Shown piece by piece: positions 1 to 9,131 of a DNA stretch of 64,000 nucleotides. Location: NCBI GenBank assembly GCA_963675745.2, contig CAXXWX010000027.1, positions 128,001 to 192,000 on the forward strand, given 5' to 3'. The notes under the pieces were generated by a model. The model did not search any database, was not told the origin of the DNA, and was given only the letters and a program-made list of their open reading frames with translations. The stretch's first letter is position 1. Every line of letters starts with the position of its first letter. This stretch comes from Phycisphaerae bacterium (GTDB lineage Bacteria > Planctomycetota > Phycisphaerae > UBA1845 > Fen-1342). Position numbers and translations under genes: made by a program.

Positions 1-158
1 GACGTCCCATCCTGGGCCGGCGTCTCCTGGAATGTCATCGGCCAGACGCAGCCGCCGAGCAGCCAGAGAGCGGCGAGCGATATGCCCAACACACTTACGA
101 TCCTGATTCGGCGCGCGGCCGATCCACACTGTCCATTGATCGAGTTGCGTAAACGCAT
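1..158 (-). CDS. 5' part of a putative lipoprotein (runs off the window edge)
   Basis: ATG at 158 with GAGGG SD upstream; translates MRLRNSING...SVLGISLAALWLLGGC-VWPMTF, a hydrophobic signal ending in a lipobox-like LGGC. Confidence 0.6.
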   Translation of the reverse strand, partial: MRLRNSINGQCGSAARRIRIVSVLGISLAALWLLGGCVWPMTFQETPAQDGT

Positions 159-376
159 GACGTATCCCTCACGTGCAGCGCCCCGGCCGCTCGGCGCTAA
201 CCGCCGTGCCTGGGGCGACAGAATTCCGAGCGCCGCGCAGCAGACAACACTCCCGCGTGGCGCGTTGGCGACGGTCCAACCCGTACAATATATTGTGCCA
301 TAATGACTCGATACGTCAAGGGAATGTGTTGCCCCGGCCAACTGCAAAGTTCGCGGCGGCCCTTCGCGCAGCATGA

Positions 377-405
377 TTGACCGGGCCACACGCGACTGGT
401 ATGCT
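377..405 (+). promoter_or_regulatory. sigma70-type promoter for the rsgA leader/operon
   Basis: TTGACC-N17-TATGCT with TGn extended -10. Confidence 0.6.
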
Positions 406-467
406 GTGGTCTACGGTCAGTTGTGTTTAGCGTCAGAACCTGGGACTTGCTGATAGGAGGGCGTTCG

Positions 468-515
468 ATGATTGCGAACTACTCACAACCAGCAAGGAGA
501 GTGCGCCCCGGTTAG
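468..515 (+). CDS. putative leader peptide MIANYSQPARRVRPG
   Basis: Strong AGGAGG SD 7 nt before the ATG; 15-codon ORF between the promoter and a terminator-like hairpin. Confidence 0.55.
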   Translation: MIANYSQPARRVRPG

Positions 516-552
516 GTTTTGGCCTATGCTGATCGTCAGTTCGAATTGACAG

Positions 553-585
553 CGGCCGTTCCGGTTCGGGAGCGGCCGATTTTGT
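553..585 (+). terminator. terminator/attenuator hairpin in rsgA leader
   Basis: CGGCCGTTCC-GGTTCG-GGAGCGGCCG 10-bp stem followed by ATTTTGT. Confidence 0.5.
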
Positions 586-756
586 ATCCACACCAAAACC
601 CTCGGCCACCGGCGCAGCTCCGTCGCTTGTGGCGAGGCGCGCCGCACAAAACCCTCGCCTTGAGAAATCAGAACCAGGCGACCCTCGACCGGGTTGCCGA
701 GTAGTACCGTCGCCGGCTTCCCGCCCCGACGGTACGCATGCGAGGCAAAGCTCATC

Positions 757-1821
757 ATGGATTTAAAGTCTCTTGGCTGGTCATCTTCACTTGCTGCACA
801 GTTTGCGGATTCGGCGCCCGACGGGTTGGTTCCCGCGCGCGTTGCCCGCGAGCACAAGCACCAGTATGTGGTTCTTGGCGAACACGGCGCGCTTGGCGCC
901 GCCGTTTCGGGAAAACTCCGTCACACCGCCGCCGGCCGCGACGAATACCCCACCGTCGGTGACTGGGTTGCGATCCAACCGCGTGTCGCCGAACGGCGTG
1001 CTACGATCCACCGTGTGTTACCGCGCAGCAGTGCGTTCTCGCGCAAAGTCGCGGGCGAAAACACCGAGGAGCAGATTATCGCCGCCAATGTTGACCGGGT
1101 CCTGCTCGTGAGCGGGCTGGACGGCGAGTTCAATCTGCGGCGGATCGAACGTTACCTCACAGTGGCGTGGGATAGCGGGGCCGCGCCCGTAATCGTGCTG
1201 AACAAAGCCGACTTGTGCGCGGACATCGACGCGCGCGTTGCCGAGGTTGAAGCGATTGCCGTCGGCACCTCCATCCTGGTTGTCAGCGTGCTGACCGGCG
1301 TCGGGCTCGAAGCGCTGCGCGCGTTGGCAGGCCCCGGCACCACTGTGGCTCTGCTGGGATCGTCGGGCGTCGGTAAGTCATCGCTGGTCAACGCGCTGCT
1401 CGGCGAGGCGCGACTGCGCGTCGGCAGCGTGCGGGAAGACGACAGCCACGGCCGACACACGACCACCTACAAGGAGTTGCTGGTCTTGCCCGGCGGTGGC
1501 GTGGTGATCGACACGCCGGGCATGCGCGAGTTGCAGCTCTGGACGACTGATGAAGCGCTGGGCGGCGCTTTTGCCGACGTCGAGGAACTGGCCACGCGCT
1601 GCCGGTTCCGCGACTGCCGGCACGAATCCGAGCCCGGCTGCGCCGTACACGCGGCCCTGGACACCGGCGGATTGAGCGCGGAGCGGTTTCGCAGCTACCA
1701 GAAGCTGCAAAAGGAGCTCGCCCACCTGCACCGCAAGCAGGACGTCGCGGCGCGGTTGGCCGAGCAATCGAAGTGGAAGCGGATCACGATTGCGGCGCGC
1801 AAGCTGAGTCGGCCGGGTTGA
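757..1821 (+). CDS. rsgA: ribosome small subunit-dependent GTPase A (circularly permuted GTPase)
   Basis: NKAD, GSSGVGKS, GRHTT, DTPG motifs and C-terminal CRFRDCRHESEPGC Zn site; start taken at MDLKSLGW. Confidence 0.95.
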   Translation: MDLKSLGWSSSLAAQFADSAPDGLVPARVAREHKHQYVVLGEHGALGAAVSGKLRHTAAGRDEYPTVGDWVAIQPRVAERRATIHRVLPRSSAFSRKVAGENTEEQIIAANVDRVLLVSGLDGEFNLRRIERYLTVAWDSGAAPVIVLNKADLCADIDARVAEVEAIAVGTSILVVSVLTGVGLEALRALAGPGTTVALLGSSGVGKSSLVNALLGEARLRVGSVREDDSHGRHTTTYKELLVLPGGGVVIDTPGMRELQLWTTDEALGGAFADVEELATRCRFRDCRHESEPGCAVHAALDTGGLSAERFRSYQKLQKELAHLHRKQDVAARLAEQSKWKRITIAARKLSRPG

Positions 1822-1883
1822 CTGGCGGTACGACTTGACGCTTGCTCATCGATCGCTGATGTTCGCACACACAGGGAGCAGTA

Positions 1884-2801
1884 ATGAAAACCACGATCAG
1901 AGGTGAACGCCGGGGTGATGAAGAGGCCATCGAGTCCGTCGTCTGCCAGGCGTTTGCATCCATAGATGAAGCCAATATCGTGAACTTGATGCGCGCCGGC
2001 TATCCGGCCTTTGACCGGCGCTATTCGATCGTTGCCCGTAAAGGCGACGAAATCGTCGGCCACGCGTTGTTCACGCCTTGCACCATCCGGCTGCACGGGC
2101 ACGCGGTCCGCGCGTTGGCGCTCGGCCCGATCGCAGTCCTGCCGGAGCTACAGGGCAACGGCATCGGCGGCGACATGCTGCGCCACGGTCACGAGCTGGG
2201 CCGACGTGAGGGATTCGCCCTCTCGCTGCTACAGGGTCACCCGTCGTACTATCCGCGTCACGGGTACAAAGCGTGCAGCGGCTTTGCGAAGGTCGCCGTT
2301 GATGTGGAGAAGCTGCCGCAGCCGGCGCGCGAGTTTCGCGTGCTGCCGGTGCGACCGGCCGACTTATCGTGGCTGGTTGAGAGGTGGGAGATTGAGTGGG
2401 CGGATGTTGATTTCGCATGGCTGTGGGGGCCGACGTTAAGTGAATGGCGGCTGACAGGTCTACGCACGAACATGCTCTGGACACACGATGGCCGGCGGGC
2501 GGCGTACGTTGCGTGGATGCCCCGCCAGCCGGGCTCGGCGATGATCCTCTCCGACGAACGCGAGCTGGCCCGCGACGTCATCGCCACGCTCAAGCCGAAA
2601 ACGCTGCTGCACCACGCCGACGGCTGGCTGAATCGCGCGGTGCTCGGCGACGACTGGACGCAGCCGGAAGTCAAGCGACATGACGCCGCAATGGCCTACG
2701 AACTCACGCCCGGCGTGCTCACGCGGTGCCTCGAAGCGCTGGAGTCCGGCCAGCGCTCGTGCGGAACGACGATGTTCCCGCTGACGTTCTGGTTGTGTTG
2801 A
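1884..2801 (+). CDS. GNAT family N-acetyltransferase with C-terminal extension
   Basis: LGPIAVLPELQGNGIGG acetyl-CoA motif A; GHPSYYPRHGY motif B (YhbS-like). Confidence 0.85.
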   Translation: MKTTIRGERRGDEEAIESVVCQAFASIDEANIVNLMRAGYPAFDRRYSIVARKGDEIVGHALFTPCTIRLHGHAVRALALGPIAVLPELQGNGIGGDMLRHGHELGRREGFALSLLQGHPSYYPRHGYKACSGFAKVAVDVEKLPQPAREFRVLPVRPADLSWLVERWEIEWADVDFAWLWGPTLSEWRLTGLRTNMLWTHDGRRAAYVAWMPRQPGSAMILSDERELARDVIATLKPKTLLHHADGWLNRAVLGDDWTQPEVKRHDAAMAYELTPGVLTRCLEALESGQRSCGTTMFPLTFWLC

Positions 2802-2860
2802 ACCTGCACCGACGGCTGGGACCATTGCCGTGTGCGTAGGCCGGCATGAGGGAACCAACG

Positions 2861-3664
2861 ATGGATGACAGTGAAGTTGCCGCCCATTGGGATGAAAACG
2901 CCGCCGAGTGGGTGCGCGGCGTGCGCTGCGGCTGGGATATCTACCGCACGTACGTGAACAACCCGGCCTTTTTCGCGCTGTTGCCAGAGCTCGAAGGGCT
3001 GCGCGTGCTGGATATCGGGTGCGGCGAGGGCTTCAACACACGGCTTTTCGCCGAGCGCGGCGCGACCGTGGTGGGCATCGACGTCAGCTCAAAGATGATC
3101 GACGCCGCACGCGCTCTGGAGGATCAGACGTCCCCCGCGATCGAGTATCACCACACGCCGGCCAACGATCTCAGCCGATTCGCCGACGCGTCGTTCGATG
3201 CGGCGCTGAGCACGATGGCTCTGATGGACATGTCGGACTACGCCGGCTGCATCGGCGAGACTGCGCGCGTCTTGAAGCCGGGTGGCCTGTTCCAGTTCTC
3301 GATCCTGCACCCATGCATGATGACCCGCGCCTGGCGGTGGGCGCGGGATGAGCGCGGCGAGCGCGTCGGAGTCGTGGCCGGCGATTACTTCGGACTGCTC
3401 ACACCGCCCGGCGGCGACACGTCGGACGTCGATGAGTGGATCTTCACGGGCGTACCATCGGACATGCGCGCCGCGGCGCGGCCGTTTCGAGTCCCGCGTT
3501 TCTTCCGCACGCTGAGCGCGTACATCAACACGCTCGTGGATGCGGGTTTCACAATCGAGCGCCTGGTCGAACCGCACGCGGATGAAGAGGTGGCGGCCAC
3601 ACAACCAGACGTGGCCGACACGCGGATCATCCCATATTTCCTCATCATCGTCGCCCGCGCGTGA
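2861..3664 (+). CDS. class I SAM-dependent methyltransferase
   Basis: VLDIGCGEG motif I; GIDVS; RVLKPGG. Confidence 0.9.
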   Translation: MDDSEVAAHWDENAAEWVRGVRCGWDIYRTYVNNPAFFALLPELEGLRVLDIGCGEGFNTRLFAERGATVVGIDVSSKMIDAARALEDQTSPAIEYHHTPANDLSRFADASFDAALSTMALMDMSDYAGCIGETARVLKPGGLFQFSILHPCMMTRAWRWARDERGERVGVVAGDYFGLLTPPGGDTSDVDEWIFTGVPSDMRAAARPFRVPRFFRTLSAYINTLVDAGFTIERLVEPHADEEVAATQPDVADTRIIPYFLIIVARA

Positions 3665-3690
3665 GACACGCCGGCCGCGGGCGTCGGGAG

Positions 3691-4119
3691 CTACCGATTA
3701 ATCAGGTCGATGAACACGTCAATATCACCATTGTTCACCCAGCCGTCCCCGTTGACATCACCCAGCATGATGTCGCAATGCGGATACGCCTCCGGGTAAT
3801 CCTCCGGGTATGACATGGCGAAGACGAATGCGTCTATGTCGCCATTGTTGACCCAACCGTCGCAGTTCATATCGCCGAGCGCGAAATAGGGAACCTGCCA
3901 AAAGCCCCCGATGAGCTCGAAGTCGCCGCCGGTCAATACTTCGCCGGCGTCAGGCTGGCCGATAGTGCCGGAGAGCTCGAAATCGCCGCCGGTGGTGAAC
4001 GCCGCCCCCCCACTATCGACGGTCCACCAGTCGATGGCGAATCCCTGGGCCAGTGCTCCGGCGGCAGTGCTCAGGGTGAGCGCGGCGCTGATCGCGAACA
4101 GTATCGCTTTGCGTTGCAT
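3691..4119 (-). CDS. small secreted protein: Gly-rich IDWWTVDSGG domain plus dockerin-like (GDxNCDG/GDxNGDG) module
   Basis: Signal peptide MQRKAILFAISAALTL; duplicated Ca-binding GDMNCDGWVNNGD / GDVNGDGWVNNGD; paralog at 47128-47589. Confidence 0.8.
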   Translation of the reverse strand: MQRKAILFAISAALTLSTAAGALAQGFAIDWWTVDSGGAAFTTGGDFELSGTIGQPDAGEVLTGGDFELIGGFWQVPYFALGDMNCDGWVNNGDIDAFVFAMSYPEDYPEAYPHCDIMLGDVNGDGWVNNGDIDVFIDLINR

Positions 4120-4177
4120 GATGTCTGACTCCATTGGTGTGCTCAACACAGTTGTCCGTGGACGCTCGCGAGCGGCG

Positions 4178-6103
4178 TCACCGCTTCAGCGCCCGTCCAT
4201 CCGCACCCACCTGCAATTCCTGGTTCCGCCGGCCGGCGGGTGGCACCTGGCGCTGCGTCGGCACAACGTTCTGTTCTTCTCCGGGCTCGGCTTGCGCGCC
4301 GTCATAAGGATCGCCGAGACCCTCGGTCGGGATGTGCATCGAGTGGTCGGCCGGCGGGTTGGGGCCGTCCGCGGCTGGTCGCGTGAAGATCGCCATCCGT
4401 TGACTTTCGTAGCCTTTGCGCTTGCAGATCACCTTATAGTCAAACGTCGCGTCGGATGTGCCGCCCATCAGCTCGTGCACCGTGAAGCGATCGCCGGACT
4501 TCTTCACGTATACGCCGTTGCAGTTGTCGGTCAGCGTAACCATGACGCGCATGGGGTGCTGCTCGCTGATGGTGACGGTTTGCCGGTAGAGCGGGTCGAG
4601 CACGATCTCGGCCACGCCGTTGCGAAGCTGGCCGGAGCCGACCTCCTCGAACCAGAGCTCGGTCGCCTCGGTGCAGTACATGAGGCGCTGCTGGCCTGAA
4701 TCAAGGGTGACCGCGGCGCTCTTGCTGCCGGTCGCGGTGTAATGACCGTCGATCCAGAAGGCCACGCCGTTACCCGAGGCAAAGCCGCTGTCGATTTCGA
4801 GGACTTCGGCACCGTCTTCGGCAAACATCTCAAAGACCGAGCCGTTCTCGCCCCCGTCGAATTCCTCGCCGCGCAGAACGATGCCGTTGGTGCTGTCGTC
4901 CTGGCGCACGTCGATGCGGCCACCGCCGAAGTCCATCCCGTCGATATAAACACGCGTCGAACTGACGTCGTTGCGGACCTCGATGGCGCCGGCGTTGTCG
5001 GTCTCCTGGGCGTCGATGTGGATGGTGGTGCTGCTGTCGGCGGCGAAGACCTCGATCTCGCCGCCATCATCGGCAGCCCCGTCGCCGTCGAGCTCGATGC
5101 GGTAGCTGGCGCTGACGCCATTGGTGACGCCGATCTGGCCCGCATCTGAATTCTCGCTGTCGATGTCGATCGTGAGTATGCCGTCGTCGTTGAACATCTG
5201 GAGATCACTGCCGGTGGTGGCTTCACCATCGAGCAGGATGGTGCGATTGCCGATGTCATTGAACATCTCGATGGTACCGCCGTCGGATGACTCACCGCCG
5301 GCCATCCTGACGCGGGTGCTGCCATCGTTGTTCTGGACTGCGACCTGTCCTCCCAGGCCACCCGTGCCATAGCTGCGCACTTCGATAGCGCCGGCGGTGA
5401 TTCCGTTGTCGGCATCGTCGCCGTCGCCGTCGATTTCGACGCCCATATATCCTTCGCGTGAGCGGAGGTGCAGGACGCCGGCCCCGTCAGCATTGGACGT
5501 GCCCCAGGCGTAGACCGCCGAGCCGGTGACGGCGTTGATCGTATCGAACCAGACGCCCTGGCTAAACGTGTGGCTGGCCATTATCTCATCGATGTCGCCG
5601 TACATATAAAGCTCGCCGTCCAGTCGCGTATCGCCGTCGGCCACGTGCAGCTTCGTCTGCGGATCGGTCGTGCCAACGCCGACGTTCAGAGTGTCGTCGA
5701 CATAGAGGCCGCGCGTCTGTGTCGCGTACGGGACGGCGGTTAATGGCTGGCGCGGCGCGAGCCATGTGTAGGTTCCGCCGCCGGTGGGCACGCGTACGCC
5801 AACCTGTAGCCAGCGCGCGTCACCATCGAAGACGGACACGTCAAATTCGAGCTCGACCACAAAGAGCCCGTCCACAACATCGACGCCGTACACATCAAGA
5901 ATCGAACTGACCTGGCTGCCGCCGGTGTACGCGTCGAAGAGCACGAAGCGGAAGTCGGCGGTATCGGTGACGCGCGCACCATACTGTTTCAATTGTCCCT
6001 GGTAGGTGAATGCCGTCGAGAGCGGCCCTTGCGCCAGGGCGTATTGGCCCCCAATCATGAGTACTACCAAGCACACGTGCGTCAACACTCGCTGGTTTGC
6101 CAT
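4178..6103 (-). CDS. secreted TAFTYQGQL-domain protein with beta-repeat stalk and tail-fibre-like C-terminal domain
   Basis: GGAG SD, signal peptide, STAFTYQGQL N-domain, NVGVGTTDP repeat, Gly/Asp beta repeats, C-terminal YCTEATELWFEEVG...FDYKVICKRKGYE. Confidence 0.75.
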   Translation of the reverse strand: MANQRVLTHVCLVVLMIGGQYALAQGPLSTAFTYQGQLKQYGARVTDTADFRFVLFDAYTGGSQVSSILDVYGVDVVDGLFVVELEFDVSVFDGDARWLQVGVRVPTGGGTYTWLAPRQPLTAVPYATQTRGLYVDDTLNVGVGTTDPQTKLHVADGDTRLDGELYMYGDIDEIMASHTFSQGVWFDTINAVTGSAVYAWGTSNADGAGVLHLRSREGYMGVEIDGDGDDADNGITAGAIEVRSYGTGGLGGQVAVQNNDGSTRVRMAGGESSDGGTIEMFNDIGNRTILLDGEATTGSDLQMFNDDGILTIDIDSENSDAGQIGVTNGVSASYRIELDGDGAADDGGEIEVFAADSSTTIHIDAQETDNAGAIEVRNDVSSTRVYIDGMDFGGGRIDVRQDDSTNGIVLRGEEFDGGENGSVFEMFAEDGAEVLEIDSGFASGNGVAFWIDGHYTATGSKSAAVTLDSGQQRLMYCTEATELWFEEVGSGQLRNGVAEIVLDPLYRQTVTISEQHPMRVMVTLTDNCNGVYVKKSGDRFTVHELMGGTSDATFDYKVICKRKGYESQRMAIFTRPAADGPNPPADHSMHIPTEGLGDPYDGAQAEPGEEQNVVPTQRQVPPAGRRNQELQVGADGRALKR

Positions 6104-6485
6104 CGTTGTCTCTCCTTGCTCCGCCCCCACTGGCCTTCAATCACGGGCCGCCTCAGACGTATTGGAACAATCGGCTGTCACGCGGCCCGTCACCTGGCGC
6201 GCCGAGCCGGCGCCGAGCGTGTACGCAGCGCCGGTCTGGAAATGTCCGATGCGCATCTTGGTCCCCAAAGATAACGTGATCTGCCCGGCGTGAATTACAG
6301 TATATCACCACCCACCGGCAATGGGGCGGTGTTTTGCAGCGTTGCAGACGGCCAAGGCCTCTTACGCCGCACGCGGTGAATGCAAGGCCAAGGCGTTGTC
6401 GCCGCTGATGGAAGAACCCCGAAGCCTCGAACGCATGGCACGGGCAAGCAGTATGAGCCCGCTGAAATCTGATGGCTGATCGCTC

Positions 6486-6527
6486 AAAAAAAGCGGCCCG
6501 CCGAGCCACTTTGTGGGTCGACGGGCC
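6486..6527 (-). terminator. intrinsic terminator
   Basis: ~14-bp GC stem (minus: GGCCCGTCGACCCAC-AAA-GTGGCTCGGCGGGCC) followed by GC and T7. Confidence 0.8.
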
Positions 6528-6800
6528 TATGTAGTGTCGGCTGCCTGTATTACAGCCACGTCCGCTGCAACACATGCAGCCTACTGTTTATCACCCTTCA
6601 CAGACCACCTCCTTTCGCATCGGGCTACTTCCCGATCGGGTCCCTGGTGGGAGGACTCGTCGGGCTTTTACCCGGCCACCGGCCGTCGCCGGCGGCCACA
6701 ACCCGCAACGCGACTCGCGTCGCACGATAGGAAGCCGCGGGGGATCGGACGACACCAGCCTCTTTTGGAGCCGTCCTTACGCTCCTAAACTTCCTACACT
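6486..6800 (-). ncRNA. candidate stand-alone structured RNA (~310 nt), family not recognised
   Basis: TTGACC-N16-GAGAAT promoter (6831-6804), about 8 consecutive hairpins, terminator; no credible long ORF. Confidence 0.55.
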
Positions 6801-7124
6801 TTCATTCTCGCCCGAAAAAGCCGCAGGTCAAGAATTTTTCGGGGATTGTGCGAAACCCGCCCTGAAGTGACGCGTAGAAACCCATAGAGTCCGGGGTCAG
6901 GGGTTGTCTGCGCTTCTTGCGCGCGGCATCGATTATCACCCCGTACTTAACCTGATACCGTAGCCCTCCTGACGATCACACTGGATAGAGCCACGGGCAT
7001 CGCCGCCCCAGCCAGCCCGGGCGCGATGATTACCGAGGGCGCAACTTCACCGGCGACGGGCTCGATCCGCGCCGGTTGCATCGCGTAACTCGCCGGAGTA
7101 CAACGCCGGCTTGAGGAGTGTCGC

Positions 7125-7949
7125 ATGGCGCAAAACGGGCTACAGGATCTGATCGCTCACTACTCGTCGTGCGATGAGCACGCCCGCCTCAATGCCGGAG
7201 TGGGTCGGCTCGAGTTGCTGCGCTCGCAGGAGATCATCACGCGCTATCTCCCAGATCCACCCGCCGTCATTCTCGACGTTGGCGGCGCAGCCGGCGTGTA
7301 TTCGTTCTGGCTCACCGAGCGCGGCTATGAAACACACCTGATCGACCCGGTTGCACTGCACGTCGACCAGGCGCGCAGGGGCGGTCAAGGCGGCCACGAT
7401 ACCAGTCTGGCAAGCGTGTCCATCGGTGACGCGCGCCGGCTGGAGTGGCCTGATGCCGGCGTTGACGCGGTTCTGCTGCTGGGGCCGCTGTACCATTTGA
7501 CCTCACGTGAAGACCGCGTGCTGGCGCTGCGGGAGGCACGCCGTGTTCTGAAACCGGGCGGCGTCTTGTTCGCCGCGACCATTTCGCGGTTTGCATCGCT
7601 GCTGGATGCGCTCAACCGAAACCTGCTCGACGACCCGCTGTTTGCGCCGATCATTGATCGCGACCTGCGCGAAGGTCAGCACCGCAATCCAACCGACGAC
7701 CCGACGTATTTCACCACCGCCTACTTCCATCATCCGAGCGAGATTCGCGCGGAAGTCGAAGATGCCGGCCTTGTGCATGAGACGACGCTGGCCGTCGAGG
7801 GTCCGCTGTGGCTGGCGACCGATTTCGATCGTCACTGGGATGATGCCGAACGTCGCCGGCTGCTGCTTGAATTCCTGGCACGCATCGAAGCAGAGCCGTC
7901 GATCCTCGGCGTTAGCGCGCACCTGCTAACCGTGGCGCGGCGTCGCTAG
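7125..7949 (+). CDS. class I SAM-dependent methyltransferase
   Basis: ILDVGGAAG, GDAR, LLGPLYHL, RRVLKPGG. Confidence 0.9.
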   Translation: MAQNGLQDLIAHYSSCDEHARLNAGVGRLELLRSQEIITRYLPDPPAVILDVGGAAGVYSFWLTERGYETHLIDPVALHVDQARRGGQGGHDTSLASVSIGDARRLEWPDAGVDAVLLLGPLYHLTSREDRVLALREARRVLKPGGVLFAATISRFASLLDALNRNLLDDPLFAPIIDRDLREGQHRNPTDDPTYFTTAYFHHPSEIRAEVEDAGLVHETTLAVEGPLWLATDFDRHWDDAERRRLLLEFLARIEAEPSILGVSAHLLTVARRR

Positions 7950-7975
7950 CACATTTTGAGTTATCATCGGGTGCG

Positions 7976-8338
7976 TCAGTCGCCGCGGTATTCAGCGCGC
8001 GCGGTACAGGTTTCCCGCACGACGATCGCCGCCAGCAAGGGCAGCTTGGGTTTGAGGTGTTGCCACAGCCAGCGGGCTAGCATCTCGGCTGTGGGGTTTT
8101 CCAGGCCTTCGATGTCGTTCAGGTGATAATGATCAAGCCGTTCGATGACGGGGCGGCATTGCGTCTTGATCTCGCCGTAGTCAATCAGATAACCCCGGGC
8201 CTCATCGACCTCGCCCTCGACGATCACCTCGACCGCGAAGCTGTGGCCGTGCAAACGCCGGCACTTGTGACCCTCTGGAAACGTCGGCAGCGAGTGGGCG
8301 GCCTCAAACGTAAACGTCTTCGCCAGTCGAATGTACAT
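7976..8338 (-). CDS. queD: 6-carboxy-5,6,7,8-tetrahydropterin synthase
   Basis: FEAAH, CRRLHGHS, LDHYHLN, NPTAE, ET motifs. Confidence 0.95.
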   Translation of the reverse strand: MYIRLAKTFTFEAAHSLPTFPEGHKCRRLHGHSFAVEVIVEGEVDEARGYLIDYGEIKTQCRPVIERLDHYHLNDIEGLENPTAEMLARWLWQHLKPKLPLLAAIVVRETCTARAEYRGD

Positions 8339-8995
8339 TCACACGCCTCTTGTCTTGTCCGGCCATATCAACTTGTGCAACTGCAACCCGATGCGCGCAT
8401 CAAGCCGATCAGCCAATACCCAGCTCGCGAGTTCGGCCGGGTCGAGCACGCCATGAACCGGCGCGCAGATTACGGCCGCGCAGCGGGCTGTCAGATCGTA
8501 TCGCGCGATCACGGCGCGCGACCAGTCGTAATCGGCGCGATCGGCCATGACGAGCTTCACCTCATCGCGTCCGGTCAGCAGTTCGATGTTCCGCCACTCG
8601 TTTCGGCCGGCTTCGCCGCTGCCGGGACACTTGATGTCCATGATGCGCACCACGCGCTGGTCGACCCGGTCCATGAGCACGGCGCCCGAAGTCTCCAGCA
8701 GCACCTCGTTGAACTCGTCCGCAAACTGCCGCATCAGCGGGTAGACGGCGGGTTGCAACAGCGGCTCGCCGCCGGTGATTTCAACCAGTTGGCAATCGAA
8801 AGCCCGCACGCGCTCGCCTATCTCGGCGGGCGTCATCCACTCCCCTTCGGTGAATGCGTATTCGGTATCACACCAGGTGCAGCGCAGGTGACAGCCGGTC
8901 AAGCGTACGAAAACGCACCGTGCCCCGACGCGCGTGCCCTCGCCCTGAACCGAGTGGAATATCTCGTTGACTCGCAATCGCCGCTCGTCTGCCAT
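8339..8995 (-). CDS. queE: 7-carboxy-7-deazaguanine synthase (radical SAM)
   Basis: EIFHSVQGEG, CHLRCTWCDT, ITGGEP, QLHK; abuts queD. Confidence 0.93.
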   Translation of the reverse strand: MADERRLRVNEIFHSVQGEGTRVGARCVFVRLTGCHLRCTWCDTEYAFTEGEWMTPAEIGERVRAFDCQLVEITGGEPLLQPAVYPLMRQFADEFNEVLLETSGAVLMDRVDQRVVRIMDIKCPGSGEAGRNEWRNIELLTGRDEVKLVMADRADYDWSRAVIARYDLTARCAAVICAPVHGVLDPAELASWVLADRLDARIGLQLHKLIWPDKTRGV

Positions 8996-9131
8996 CGTGT
9001 GGAATTATAGTTTGGCGCAGGGGGGATGAAAGGTGGCAGGAGGCAGGAGGAGGCATCAAGGCAACTAGGCAGCGAGGCAGCGAGGCAATTGGGTTACGTG
9101 GGATGCTCGCGGCGGTCTGGGCTGCTTGCGG

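Noticed and set aside
6527..6601. Amber read-through (pyrrolysine) of the tiny ORF in the structured RNA
   Set aside because: No pyl genes in the window and the extended peptide has no recognisable features
7976..8995. queD/queE as part of a 7-deazaguanine DNA-modification (dpd) island
   Set aside because: No dpdA/tgt-like or other dpd genes nearby; housekeeping context fits queuosine synthesis
8996..9131. preQ1 riboswitch upstream of queE/queD
   Set aside because: No stem plus A-rich tail consensus; only short AGGCAGC-type repeats
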